Source of the DNA: Octopus vulgaris | Taxonomy: Eukaryota | Reading direction: 5' to 3' | Length of the DNA: 64,000 nt | Assembly: GCA_951406725.2 (NCBI GenBank) | Contig: OX597824.1 | Coordinates: forward strand, 98,518,001-98,582,000 | Part shown: piece by piece, positions 29,484-43,002 of the stretch | How positions within the stretch are numbered: the first letter of the stretch is position 1 | Layout: every line of letters starts with the position of its first letter | Position numbers and translations under genes: made by a program | Notes under the pieces: model-generated | Seen by the model: the letters and a program-made list of their open reading frames with translations, nothing else | What the model was told of the DNA's origin: nothing | Database searches by the model: none

Positions 29484-30380
29484 TTACTTAAAACAGTTTC
29501 TATTGACGCTGGTGTTTACCCAATTAAGCTTATCCGCGAATCTAGGCTATCAGGCGGATAATAATTCGGAGATTGTTTCACTAAACACATAACAGAAAAT
29601 CCACACAAATGTCCGCGGGATTTTCCCAACTACAGACGAGGAGAATGGAGTAAGAAAGCCCCCTCCCCCCTCCATTATTTTACATTGATTTACAAAGTTT
29701 TTCGTTGAAATTCCTTCTCCTGAATACTGTTATATTATGCAGTAATATATGCAAATATTTATTCACGAGTTGCTAAACTCAACTCATCAGAATTAAATGC
29801 AAAATTCATTTGCAATCGATATTTGAACTATCAGTAATTTATACTGCAGCTCAATATGGGTATGAATTATTTATAATTAATATTGGAAGGGGAATTTCGT
29901 GAACAGAAACTGAATGGAAGACTATTATTAGGTTTTCTGAAAGGTAGACTTAATATATCATCCGGTTTAAGACCACCACCACCACCATCTTAGCCAAGGA
30001 TACCTTTCCTAGAGTCTGTTTTTATTGCATTATTGAAGCCAGGTCTCTGATCTAATACTGAACCATTCCACCCACCACCCCCGCCTTATTCAAGCTTTCT
30101 AAATTGCAAAACCCATTGAGTTAGCTTGGACAGAGAGATAGAGAAGCCGTTAACCAGTCCTTAAAAGGAATAGGAAACGTTTTGGTAAGTCCGTTTTTGG
30201 CACCAATAATTCGACGCTGACCTATTTGACATCAGACCTATTAGTGTTTCTCGTTTGTTTATGTTTTCTCGTTCTTTCCGTTTCTTTCTCTCTTTTTCCT
30301 TCCCTTTTTCTGTCTGAGTGAGCTTCTCTTTATGCATTTCAGTATTTACGTGAATCGTGTCCAATTAATCGATGGAAATT

Positions 30381-30831
30381 GGCGCAGGCGTGGCTGTGTG
30401 GTGAGGAGTCTGCTTCCAAACCACAATTCTTCCGGATTCTTGGGCAAGTGTCTTCTACTATAGCCTCGATCCGACCAAAGCCTTGTGAGTAGATTTAGTA
30501 GAGGGAAACTGAAAGAATCCCATCATGTGTGTGTGTGTGCGTGCGTGTGTGTGTGTGTGTACGTGCGTGCGTGTGTAAGTTACGTATATATGTATATATG
30601 ATATATTTGTGAGTGTTTTTGTGCTTGTTTTTGTCCTCCACCACTGCTTGACAACCGGTGTTGGTGCATTTACGTCCCCGCGACGTAGTAGTTCGACAAA
30701 AGAGACTGATGGAATAAATACCAGGCTTAAAAAAGATAAAACTACTGGTGTCAATTCATTCAACTAAAGCTCTTCAATGCACTACTCCAGCATGGCCACT
30801 GTATTATGACAAAAACAAGTAGAAAATAAAA
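30381..30831 (+). mobile_element. SINE family A
   Basis: GGCGCAGGCGTGGCTGTGTGG head, CTTGGGCAAGTGTCTT core, CTCCAGCATGGCC tail. Confidence 0.85.
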
Positions 30832-31227
30832 GCTCTCTCTCCCTCTCCCTCTCTTCCTTCCTCTCCCTCTCTTCCTTCCTCTCTCTCTCTCTCTCCCTCT
30901 CTTCCTTTCTCTCTCGATCTGTACACGCATAATCCCGTGCGGGCGCTCGCGCGTTTGCTTCCAGGGCAGAAATTGTCCTCTCTCCACAACCGGTCAAATG
31001 TCCAATCAGCTGCTCCTAATCGTCAGTCTTCAAGCCTCAAACACATAATCGCATCTTTCCATGTCAAAAGTCCGCCTTAAACTCCATACATATCCACCAA
31101 AAATTACTAACTCTGTTTAGATTTTACCCATAATAAATGTGATAATATATTGCAGCGTGGAAGGTGTTTATAAGCCATTTAAGAAACACACAAAAGCCGT
31201 TCGATTCACTCCAACATTTAAGTTTAA

Positions 31228-31277
31228 TTTGTCAAAATATTTTCGTCGCTAAAATCCGCGACCTGTTCACTGACAAA
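31228..31277 (-). ncRNA. Type I hammerhead ribozyme with G3:C8 core variant (within short repeat 31150-31297)
   Basis: UUUGUCA-GUGAACA-G-GUCGC-GGAUUUUA-GCGAC-GAAA-AUAU-UU-UGACAAA. 7-bp stem I, 5-bp stem II, palindromic stem III. Confidence 0.7.
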
Positions 31278-32205
31278 AATCCGTGCTGCATCTGAGAAAG
31301 TAACAGTTAGTTCGTCATATATATGTACGTATGTATGTGTGTATGTATGCATACATCTGTGTATGTATGTACGTATGCATGTACGTACATACGCCTGTGT
31401 ATGCATGTATGTATGTATGTATGTATGTATGTATGTATGTATGTATGTATGTATATATGTATGTGTGTGTATATGATAATATATTGCTTATTTGTTATTT
31501 TATAAATGAAATTATACTGCAAAACGATGAGAAATGAAAAGCAACGAAACTTGGAACGAACATGAGTGAAAAATTGCGGAAACAGAGAAAAACGGAAGAA
31601 GACAAGACAAGAATAGAAACCAGTAAAAATCTTAAGCGATTATATGTGTTCATTAAACTGCCTACTCAAAACTACAAAAATTAACCGATTAGATCGATTA
31701 ATTCAATGCAATTAACTGCAAAATATTATAAAAACAACCAAATACAAACATTTTGTATTTTTTCACAGGAATTATATACGCCATTTTGGTTTTCATTTCG
31801 TTTAATGTTTGTGATTTCATGTTGCTGTTGTTATTATTATTGTTGCTTTTGATGTTGCTCGCGTTGTTGTTAGTGGTGTATTTACTGTTGATGGTGTAAC
31901 TGTTGTTATTCATTCTGTTGCGATCGTTGCTGTACACTGTTTCTGTTTAGTTTCGTCGAGTTTGTATCTTAATATTTAGTTTAACATCAAACAGTGTAGT
32001 ATTACATTTTAGGAAAATAAATAGCTGCAATTTTTCTGATTTTGACGATAATTTGTATATTTCATGTAATCATATATATATATATATACTTATTTATTTA
32101 TTTATTTATTTGTTTATTTATATTGGATAATAAAACGAATGCTCGTGATCAATAAATTCTTGTATATTCCATCTTCCGTCTTTCATTTGCCCTATATATA
32201 TCTAT

Positions 32206-32400
<195 letters not shown>

Positions 32401-32430
32401 GGATAGATGGATAGAGAGATAGATAGATAT

Positions 32431-32870
32431 ATTCTTTTGTTCTTTTATTTGTTTCAGTCATTTGACTGCGGCCATGCTGGGGCACCACCTTTAGTCGAAC
32501 AAATCGACACCAGGACTGATTCTTTTTAAGCTTAGTCCTTATTTTCTTTTGTCGAACCGCTAGTTTACGGAGACGTAAACACACCAACACCGCTTGTCAA
32601 GCGATGGTGGAGGGACAAACACAGACTCACAAATACACACACACACATATATATATCTTTATATGTATGTGTGTGTGTGTGTGTGTGTACATTGCCCCAC
32701 TACCAGTGTGTACGTACCTGTAGCTTAGCGGTTCGGCCAAGTAACAGATAGAGTAACTACCATGCTTTCAAAAATAAGGACTGGGGTCGATTCATTCGCC
32801 TAAAAATCTCCCAGACATTGCCCCAGCATGGACGCAGTGTAATGGTTGAAACAAGTAAAAGAATAAAAGA
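32431..32870. mobile_element. Two 5'-truncated SINE family A halves in divergent orientation (32431-32640 minus; 32690-32870 plus)
   Basis: GACTGCGGCCATGCTGGGGCACC and GCCCCAGCATGGACGCAGTG tails. Confidence 0.8.
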
Positions 32871-34119
32871 CTAAATGATAGTGCTATTCCGCCAGAACTT
32901 CCCGAATTCCAGTCCATGTTGTAGACCTTATCAGGAATGGATTTCACAGATCCATCCCGGCACAGGATTAGCGAAGCGGATGACAATGGCGAGATAGAGC
33001 GTAAGTTCGCAGTGATATTGTTAAACTGGAAGTTAATTTGTGAGGTGATATCCGACCATGATCTGAACTGACCAAAGAATTCTAACAACCAACCATAATT
33101 TTTGTTTTTATATAATTCTCTTCCCTCTGATTCTGTTCAGATGAAGGTATTGGCACCCTTGTATCACCGTATCATAAAATTCCTTGATACGAAATGTATT
33201 TCTCATGCAACAAGGAAGTCAATGGTAAATAGGTTTCATGTTTTGTGATTTCATGTTATAGCAGATTTTTCAGGAACGAATCTTTCCGTAATGTTGGGTT
33301 GTTAGCGAAGGGTTTTGTATTGATGTCATGTAAACTAATACCTATGGGGTGAGGGTGGGGTGATATATCTATCGAAGTCTTTGGAAAACGGAAAGGAACA
33401 AAAAAAATAAATGTTTGTATTTTATTTCCAATGGCGTCTTTTGACAAATGAAAAATATCTGCAGCCGAGAATCGAACTTGTCAGGGTTTTTTTTCTAGTT
33501 GTTTTCCCTTTGCTGATCCCGATCGACTTTAAGAAAACGATGATGTTTCAATGTTAGCCATAGTAAATTCGTTGAAAATGATGTCCAAGCAGCTTTAATC
33601 TGTCTCGTCTGTGGATATAATCCACGCAGAGATTTACGCACAACGCTGAAGTTATTAACGGATTAGTTTGCTTTCCATTGATCCGTTAACCTTAGAAACT
33701 TCCTGCAGATCTTCTTTAATCTTATTATTGTACAAAGCAACATTAATTACTGTGTTCCACTAACAACCCAGCAGAGCATCTCTAGAAAACAGAAAACTCA
33801 GATTAAATTGCATTCGAGGCTGTTTTTAGCATTATTTTCCAGTATTTTTCGTTCTATTTTCCCATCTTTGTAGGTCTTGCTTACAACCAGCCGTGAGTTC
33901 ATTTGTTTGTGGCTTTTCTATTGTATTGCCAGTGATTCCCTTTTAATACTCTGACTTGTCGTCACTTTACGAGAGACAGTCTCCGTCGTTCAATATTCAA
34001 ATGTTGTTATATGGAGACTTTATTATTGTTCTTTCTCAATATGTTATTTGCGTTTGTTCTCAGTTTTCGAAGTGAAATTTCGATGTTGCTTTCTTTTTTT
34101 AAATAATCCTCAAGACATC

Positions 34120-34130
34120 TATTATTATTA

Positions 34131-34217
<87 letters not shown>

Positions 34218-35160
34218 GTTTTCTTCTTTTAATTGTTTTTCCATTTCTTGCCGAGTATTTCCATTTCATTTCTCAGAGCCCTCAATTATACTTGCTTCGG
34301 TTAATTCTGTGAGAACGGACAGTAACCTGCTGTCAGAGGTTTCACATGGTCTCTTTCCGCAAACTATAAGCTTTGGTACTTGGATATTAGCTTATCCTTG
34401 AAGCACCTGTCTCAAAATCCTCTCTATCCCCCAACAAACCAGTTTTCTGAGCATGTTCTTCCTGCATGTCAATTCCAATTTTGCCAATATATTTCTCAAA
34501 TCAGGTTGTTAATGTTCCCAGTGCCCCTACAACTACTGGGATAATAGTTACCCTCTTCGTTGCCCACATTCGTGGAATTTCATCTTTTAATAGCTTGTAC
34601 TTTTCACTCTCTTTCAGTTCTTTGTCACCCATTCGTGCATCTCCTGGAATGTCAATATCTTGGTTTCCTTTTCTTTTATGCACGACAACAATGCCTGGTC
34701 TCCGATCATCAATCAATAAGTCACTCTGGATAATAAAAACCCATAAGACCTTACGCTTTCTGGTTTATGCTCGAACCATTTCTGTGTCCTTTCAAGACCC
34801 TATTTCTCACACAATCTCCAGTGAACAAACTTAGCTACGTTTTCGTGCCTCCTCTCGTATTCTTTTGGCCCAGCTTGCTACACTCACTCACAATATGTAA
34901 AATTGTTTTATTTTTGTTGCCACACATCCTACAAAGGATCGATTCACTGTTCTTATCTGTTTGGAACTTTATGAAATTAGTTCTCAGAGCTCGTTCCCAT
35001 GCGCAGCATATCAATGTGGCAGTAGATCTTTTCAGATCACTTTTCCTTAGCCACTTCCAGGTGTTGGTCTTATCCTTCCCTTCGATTTCTCTGAGCTATT
35101 GCCTATGCATCGTTATCATTTTTCAGTTGTTTAATCTTTGTTATTTATCTGGTTTCTTAA
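34120..35160 (-). mobile_element. R4/Dong-like non-LTR retrotransposon 3' fragment with (TAA)n tail
   Basis: WLRKSDLKRST..ALRTN..CRMCG...HIVSEC (CCHC finger), RRHENVA, and RRPGIVVV..DIDIPGD..EKYKLL..IPVVVGALG (restriction-like endonuclease). 3' UTR runs into the (ATT)n array at 34120-34217. Confidence 0.85.
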
Positions 35161-37060
35161 ATGATTTTGGGTTGAGCCATATTTCCACTTGGTATCGTGT
35201 TGCTATTTCTAACAACAATAAACAAAAGATCAATCTGTTGTTTCACGTACCAGCCCGGACTGTTTTCCTCATTGACAAACAACGCAGATCCTGTATCCAG
35301 TGAAGCCTCTTCCTCACTTGTATCTGGGCACATAGTCTGTCGATATCGCAAGTCAGTGATTCCAGACAGGAACACAAGCAAATTATTACTTCTCTGACTC
35401 GAGTAAGGGAGAACTCAGCCTCATTGTTATGTAGGTACGGCAGCGAATGTGGAAGCTTTATAATCTAAAAGAGATGTGTGCCTTCAAAAGTCAACATCTG
35501 ATGATAATCGGGACTTTAGTCAAATAAGACAAGAAATTTAATTGAGGACAGATAGAGAAGTGTTGGGGCATGTCACGTATGAAAATATTTCATGTCTTCT
35601 GCTTGACGAATGGTCAAATGACTGACCAGATCGGTGATGGACAGCCACCCGGAAGATATTTGGCATCAACATTCTGTTGTTTGCTCAAGAGGTAATGGGT
35701 TGCATCCATAACATTTTATGTATTTCAAGACTTATCAGATTCCTGCCATGTCATAAATCAATGATTGTAAATTCAGTCCGTGTCAGAATTGGTTTTCTCT
35801 ACCACAAATTGCTGCCTATACTATATAATCAATATTATTTTCTTCATCGATACTTATTGATCTGATTTTTACCTGTATTTTGTTATTACTTTCTTACAAA
35901 TATTTCCAAATTACTTACACTTTAACTTGAGCAAGGCTCTTCATTTCACGTTGCTTTAGTCTACTTAGCTTAAAATGCGAACCAGCCGACAACTATCTAT
36001 CTATCTGTCTGTCTATCTATCTGTATATCTATCTGTCTATATGTCTGTCTATCTGTCTGTCTATCTATCTAGATATCCATCACAGCCTGGATGTGCTGCT
36101 GGGTTCAAGGATGATTGAGTCGATCGGATAGTTATGTCTGTTTCGTGACTTCAAAAGCACCTAAATCAATTAACGAAAGCATGGTGCAGGTAACCAAGTC
36201 CCACTCGTTCGTGGATGACGGATGGTTGTTTACCTTTGACGTTTGAAGAAGAAAAAAACATTTCTTCTGCAGTTAACTGAAATTCTTATTTTTCAATAAA
36301 TTTTGTCAAGAGCGGAATAAGAATGATAAATTGAACAGGAAAAAACTTGATTAAGCTGTGAATATGGTCGTTCGTTATCTTTGTGTGTTTACCTTTGAGG
36401 TTTAACAGGGATTAGATGCTAATTAAAAGATTATATCATTTAATGGAGATAAAATTCTCTTTAAATATGCCTAAATCGAAGTAGATAAACTTATGTTTCA
36501 CTATGTGGGTGGCAAGATACAAATATACAACGAGAAAAAATATATATAAAAAATACATATCTAAACAATTATTGTGTGAAAACAATTTCAATAGAACACC
36601 GGAAGTGGTTAAACAAATTTCAGCCATGTTGCCAGAAAGTGGATTTAGATATTTGAGCGAAAATGATTATTTGAAATGATGTGGTTTAAGTTATTTACTC
36701 ACAAAAATATATAATTTTCTTCTCACCGAAATTTCATTTTCTTCCATCATGTAGTCGCTTCCGGGTTATTTTATTAAGTGGGTGGTTTGCAATATATATG
36801 TTTAAATAGAGTTATTTCTGTCACGTAACGGATACATTTGAATAATTGGTAGGAACTGATGAAGAGCAAGGATTCTCTGTGCGAAATGTCTCTACTCAAA
36901 GCTGTAAGGAACATTTTATTCAGGAAGTATTATCAACCAGATACTATTTTACCACAGAGATAATATTATCAACAAGTAAATATCTTATTTAATTGAAAAT
37001 ATTATCAACTAAAACATATTGTATCATATCAACATTATTTCAACTGACCATTATCAACAC

Positions 37061-37255
37061 GTTTTGAGTTCAAATTCCGCCGGGATCAATTTTGTCTTTC
37101 ATCCCTTCGTGGTCAATGAAACAAAGTACCACTCAAGTACTGGGGTATATTACATCGACCCCAGTATGTCACTGACACTTTACATCGACTAGAGTTGATG
37201 TAATACCCGCCCTCACTCGAATATTGTTGGTTTTGTGCTAAACTTGGAAACAATA
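37061..37255 (+). mobile_element. SINE family B, degenerate, with internal inverted segment
   Basis: GAGTTCAAATTCCGCCGGGATC... Internal TTACATCGACCCCAGT is the reverse complement of the family's ACTGGGGTCGATGTAA. Confidence 0.7.
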
Positions 37256-38835
37256 TTATGTTAGATCACACTGTTATATGAAATCAACAAATATTTTATC
37301 ACTTAAACAAAACTACTGCCTTAACATTGCCGTATCAACCACGCATTACTATAGAATATTCTATGAACCATATTCTGCTACCACCTACACCACGTAATGC
37401 GAACTACACACACACACACACTGCTATGCGCTATACCATGGGATATGAACCACACATACCTAACACCTATATTATGTTTATATCCACCAGACAACACAAT
37501 TCAAACTACACTAATGCATTAAATATTTAAGTTATTGATTTTTTTCGCTGACCAAAATTAAAGAAAAAGGACAGTCAACGGCCATGATGGCTTTTCAGGC
37601 GTTCGATATGAGCAGCACGAAGTTATATTGAGAAGGTTGAACTTAAGGATTCCAACAGAGTGGATTCTCTTGTTGGCCAAATGACCAACAACCAGGGAAT
37701 GGCATTAAGCTGGGCGAGGAATTAAGGGTATTTAGAATTGGACTTGGAATTAGGTTATCAGGAGAATATTACTAATTATGTCAACGCTAACAGAATTTGA
37801 CAACAATTGTATTTCTAAAACAGCCTTCAGTTTCTTAAAGGTCAAGTTATGATTGTCGTCTGGCCTAGGTATTAAAACAGCCTATTATTACGTCTAGAAG
37901 TTCAAGTTAACTGCAAAACCTTTATTTTACATTGTTTCAATTCATCAAAGACATTGGAAATAGGTACCAGGAGAATCTGCGAGAGACCAGCACCACCTCC
38001 GCGAGATTTATCTCAGCTTTTTATTACATAAAAGAAGACAGCATTAAAAATCGTTTTGAAATTAATTTTGTCTCGATTTTGTAACTGACAATCGTCAGAA
38101 TAAGGGAGAAGTTTATAAAGGTAAGTTTAGACTCAACCCAGACGACATCAGCGCACCATTAAATAACCTGATTGAATTTACAATGGTGGATTTGAACGCT
38201 TTGACTCTACACTAATATCGTTGGCCTTGTTTAGTGAAGTGTCTGGTGAAGAAAATGTGCATTTAGAATCCTATGAGACGCAATCATCGCCATAACGAAT
38301 GATTATTTGCCTGCGGGTCTTCTTTTAACTTTAGATAAGATTTCAACAATTTTACAGAAAAGAACACGGAAAATAGAAAAGAGTGCGAATAAGAAACTTT
38401 AATTACCTTCACTAAATTTTCCATCTACAATTCACTTCCCGAAATGACCATCTCCAGTGAATCGTTTAGTTTATAATTTAAAAGATAAAATATATAAGTA
38501 ATGCAAGCAATTGTAATATGTTTAAATACTCTGTTGGAATTTTATTCCTGGAAAAAAAAATGTCCGATCCAACTTAAGCATCGGAAATATCTCTACAAGA
38601 CAGGAATTATGTAAGCAAGGAAATATATTTGGCTTCTTCAGCGCCATTGTGGATGGTTTCAAATGACATTGAGTCGTATCAAATTGACTTCGAAATATTT
38701 GTAAACCAAATAGGTGATTGTTTGAAAAGGTATTTAGCGATTGTTGTTGCGAATCGCATCGCGTCTAGGATGACATCTGACGATCGGATGTGTTGAGGAG
38801 GCGTATGAATTAAGGTTTAATGAGGAACAATGAGG

Positions 38836-39025
38836 AGAGGAAGGAAGGAAGGAAGGAAGGAAGGAAGGAAGGAAGAAGAAGAAGAAGAAGAAGAAGAAGA
38901 AGAAGGAGAAGGAGGAGGAGAAGGAGGAGGAGAAGAAGAAGAAGAAAAAGGAGGAGGAGGAGGAGGAGAAGAAGAAGAAGAAGAAGAAGAAGAAGAAGAA
39001 GAAGAAGAAGAAGAAGAAGAAGAGA
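38836..39025 (+). repeat. Polypurine (GGAA)n/(GAA)n/(GGA)n tract
   Basis: Directly visible. Confidence 0.95.
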
Positions 39026-39410
39026 GGGGCGGAGAAATACGTTGATGAGGACGGTGGGAAGGAGGGAGTGAGGTGACGAAGAAGGGATTTCTCCTGACCC
39101 TCAACAAGGAATCGTCATAATTTCTTAATTTCTTCAACCAGTATCATCTTCTTTATTATTTCAATTATAAATAATTAGAATTAATATGTCTGGAGAAGCC
39201 ATAAACTTTAATGTTGCTATGGTGATTGTCATTTGACTCAAAGTCTCCCCCTCTTATTATTGAGGAAACATCGTCAGGAAGAGAGTTCCAGCTGTTCCGA
39301 GTCCACTTTTTTTCTGCAAACATTATATATCAAGGAACACGTGATCTTATGCGCTCATTACCAGCAGGTTAAAGCCAGAGTAGTCTTTGTTGTTGGCTCG
39401 AGTTGACGAT

Positions 39411-39412
39411 GG

Positions 39413-39481
<69 letters not shown>

Positions 39482-39515
39482 CGTCGTCGTCGTTGTCATC
39501 GTCGTTGTTGCTGTT
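39411..39515 (+). repeat. (GTT)n/(GTC)n microsatellite
   Basis: Directly visible. Confidence 0.95.
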
Positions 39516-40122
39516 GTCCAATGTAGTCCAGTAGAACAAAGCCTATTTAGCGCTGGCAGGTGAGAGTCATCATTAACAGACTCCGCAGAGATAGTCTTCT
39601 GCTTGACAGACGAATGGTGGAATGCAATTTATAAGTAAGAAGAGTAGGAACGAAAGACGTGAATAGAATAATGAAACGTGAAAGTAGCATGTAATATGGC
39701 GGTGATATAGTGAGGACGATTACGTCAGGAGAGGAAGATAAGAGAGATTATCTTACATAATTCTCATAAACTGTTCTAATGATCACTCTTAGAAAGGAGA
39801 TGATACTGGGCGATGGAGAAACCTCAATAAACGGACAATGGTCACAATGGCAGATGGTAGAATATAAAAGATCTGAATTGAAAGAAATGTTGGCTTGTAT
39901 ATTAAACGGAGTTGTTAATGCGTTCATAATTGATTTCCTGAAAACTTCTTCCATCATTAAATACAGAGGAACAAAAAGTAAACAAAAAACATTAATGGAA
40001 GGAATTTCGTTGGAGGAACATGAAGTCAGAGTTGTGTAGGTTTGGGAAGAAAAAGAGGGAAACGGTTTATCGTCTGTTGTTTGGACTTAAAGTCCTTCCT
40101 GGGAATAATTATGGTAAGAAAT

Positions 40123-40334
40123 AAGGTGGTGAGCTGGCAGATGAGTTATTATGTCGGACAAAATGCTTAGCGGCATTTCGTCCGCCATTACATTCTGAAT
40201 CCAAATTCTGCGGAGGTGGACTTTGCCTTTCATCCTTTCGGGATCGGTAAATTAGTACCAGTTGAGCACTGGGGTTCATCTAATCGACTTACTACCTACC
40301 CCTAAATTGCTGGCCTTGTGCCAAAATTTGAAAC
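40123..40334 (+). mobile_element. SINE family B
   Basis: GGTGAGCTGGCAGA head; GACTTTGCCTTTCATCCTTTCGGG core. Confidence 0.85.
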
Positions 40335-40849
40335 TGATGAATGTGGTAAGAGGTATAACACTGTAGTTGATGGTCTTCGCGGGAGTTTGGAGAAAGGAAT
40401 GATGCCAAATAAATGAGATAAGGGTCAGGAACGATCGTGGAACAAAATTGGGGTAAATGTGAGGACTATATTTCTAAATGAAAAGAGCAGACGAGATTTT
40501 GGATTTAGCAGATTCTCTTTCCATGTGACCCTGTCAGGAAACCAGATTTAATTAAGAATTTCCATCTCAAATAGACATTATAGATTATGGTTTGTCATAT
40601 TAATTACGATCGGTCACATTCATTAGATCTGTCACATTATGACCTCTTACACTAATTATGACCTGACACACTGGTTATGACCAATCACATGATTACATTT
40701 GGTGTAAAAGCAGTGCAGCAACAAAATATAACCAAGAAAGACTTGGCAGAAAAGGGAGAAACAAAGACTGAATGGTTGGTGTTTATTGGAACTTTAGCGG
40801 ACTTTATTACTGATTTTTTTCTCCTTGATACTTATACGAATACTCTGTG

Positions 40850-41311
40850 TTCCTAGTCCTGGAACTTCAACAGTTGAACCAACTGTGCCTTGTATGGAAA
40901 AAGGTTAAGACGACTGAGAACCGTTTGCAGCGAAGTTTGTGAAATACCGAACTGACCGTCTTCGAGTCGACGTGACCGGATTCTGTTCAATACACTTGTT
41001 CCCTTGCCTCATCTGTTCTCACAGTGCGAGGTCTCGCAGATCTCGGAGATCACTTACTGTTCCTAGTTTTTCAAAATGCTCCATCTTGGAGCATTTCTCA
41101 CTTGAAAGTGCCAACGATATGCTCTCTGGGTTTCAATAATTGACCCCTGATTTTGATAGAACAATTTCACGTCTTGGGTGCGTTGGCGGTGTCATATTTT
41201 TCCATAATTAATTTCTAGGACCTGGTCTATAAAATCCCTGAAAAAAAAGAAAAATGTCAAAAAATAAAAGAACTCTCAAAAATTGCTTTCCCTCAGTGAT
41301 TCTGGGGTCAC

Positions 41312-41314
<3 letters not shown>
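40850..41314 (-). mobile_element. Degenerate Tc1/mariner-superfamily 5' fragment (DUF4817-type HTH)
   Basis: Starts CAGGGTG next to a CA repeat. Frameshifted translation EIV..FYQNQGSIIETQRAY..FEKLGTVSDL..RSARPRTVRTDE..IEQNPVTSTRRRS. Confidence 0.6.
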
Positions 41315-41394
<80 letters not shown>

Positions 41395-41429
41395 CTCTTC
41401 CACTCACCAAAGTAAATTGAGCCAGGAAG

Positions 41430-41790
41430 ATAGTATCCAATGATCATCGGCTGTTTCGACCCTGAACCGGAACACTCTCCGGTTGATGGGTCAGTAGGTG
41501 TGACCAAATCACTGCTCATCATATCTTTCTTCTGCCTCTCCCATCCGGCGCAGAGCCATCTTTCACTCCTTTTTTCTCATTCTAATGACTGTACGCATCC
41601 TCCAAACTGACTGGACAGGGTGTCCCCTTCGGCCAACTTCGACTGGGAAAAGCCAGATCTTCTATCCCTTCACCCTGCAACTCAGCAGAAGGCTCTCGTA
41701 CCTGGCACGTTTCCATTTGAAGGCCAGGTCACCCCCATTGTTCCCACGAGAAGTCTTAACGTCGACTAAAGCCTTACCACGTCTCCATCT
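41430..41790 (-). mobile_element. HERO-like non-LTR retrotransposon 3' fragment
   Basis: AFKWKRARYESLLLSCRVKG*KIWLFPVEVGRRGHPVQSVWRM...ALRRMGEAEER. The K..Y..L / PVEVGxRG pattern marks the C-terminus of a restriction-like endonuclease. Confidence 0.7.
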
Positions 41791-42117
41791 TATAAATTAA
41801 TAACTTTAACCATTTAAACTGCGATCAAAATCGCAGAAAGTAACTTCAATTCTTTCTATGTGTATGAGTTATATATATTTGTGTACATACATACGCACAC
41901 ACACACGCACGCACGCACGCACGCGCACACACTGACGCACATACATGTACATATATATACATATACACAGGTGTATATGTACATAAATATATATGAATAC
42001 GTACACCTCAGTATATATTGTATGAGTATGCGTGTATGTGTGTGCGTGCGTGCGTGCGTGCGTATGTGTGTGTGTGTGTGCGTGTTTGCATGTGTGTCTG
42101 TGTGTGTGTGTGTGTGT

Positions 42118-42163
<46 letters not shown>

Positions 42164-42692
42164 TATTTAGCACAGAAATCGTTTAAAGTCTTAATTGTTT
42201 GTCTTGGCGTGTAAAACCGTTCCTGAATGCTCTTCAACGGGTTTGAATGAAAGCCAAATGCTTGGTTTTGATGTCTTCGAGTTGAACCTGTGGAGGAGAG
42301 ACAGTCCACTTAACGACTGCCGCAGCGTTTTTAATGCCATCTCAGTGGGTTGTCAACAAAGAACGGATAAAAAAGGGGGGGTCGCAGCAGACCAACGCAG
42401 CAACAGTGGTATAGATGCGTGTGTAGATATGGGAGCGTGTAAAAGCATGTGTGTGTGATATATATATATATATTCTTCTATTTACACAAGTATAGATCAT
42501 ATATATGTATATATATGTATGTGTGTGTGTGTTTAAAGACAGATAGACAGACACATACACACAGTTGCATAAATAGGTAAAAATCATACGTATACGTGTG
42601 CATATACACACACTCAAACAGACATGCAGATACATACGCGCGCGCACAGGCACGCGCACGCATACACACACACACATACATACATACATACA

Positions 42693-42726
<34 letters not shown>

Positions 42727-42950
42727 GACATACATAGACATACACATACATGCATACATTATGCACACATACATGCATATATACATACAAACATACATAC
42801 ATACAGATAGACAGACAGACAGACATACAAACATGTACAAACATACATTCATACTCTTGATTCCCGTTGACAAACCAGGCCTCACAGACTCCCAACCGGA
42901 ACCTGCCACCTGGATCAGGCTTGAGATGCACTTGATGTTACCATAACAAA

Positions 42951-43002
42951 GTGCCTGATGACCAACTTGATGCCGTCTTCGATGTTGTGAAAGACCTTGC
43001 GC
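42951..43002 (+). ncRNA. Type I hammerhead ribozyme motif
   Basis: GUGC-CUGAUGA-C-CAAC...GUUG-U-GAAA-GACC-UU-GCGC. Intact core, 4-bp stem I, 10.1/11.1 mismatch. Confidence 0.55.

Noticed and set aside
35160-35760. Short ORF with LDTGSA, possible LTR-element protease
   Set aside because: Single short motif with no other gag/pol signatures.
36848-36897. CUGAUGA...GAAAUGUC motif
   Set aside because: Stems II and III cannot be drawn convincingly.
40604-40697. Three TTATGACC motifs as a transcription-factor site cluster
   Set aside because: Exact 19-bp spacing points to a decayed minisatellite.
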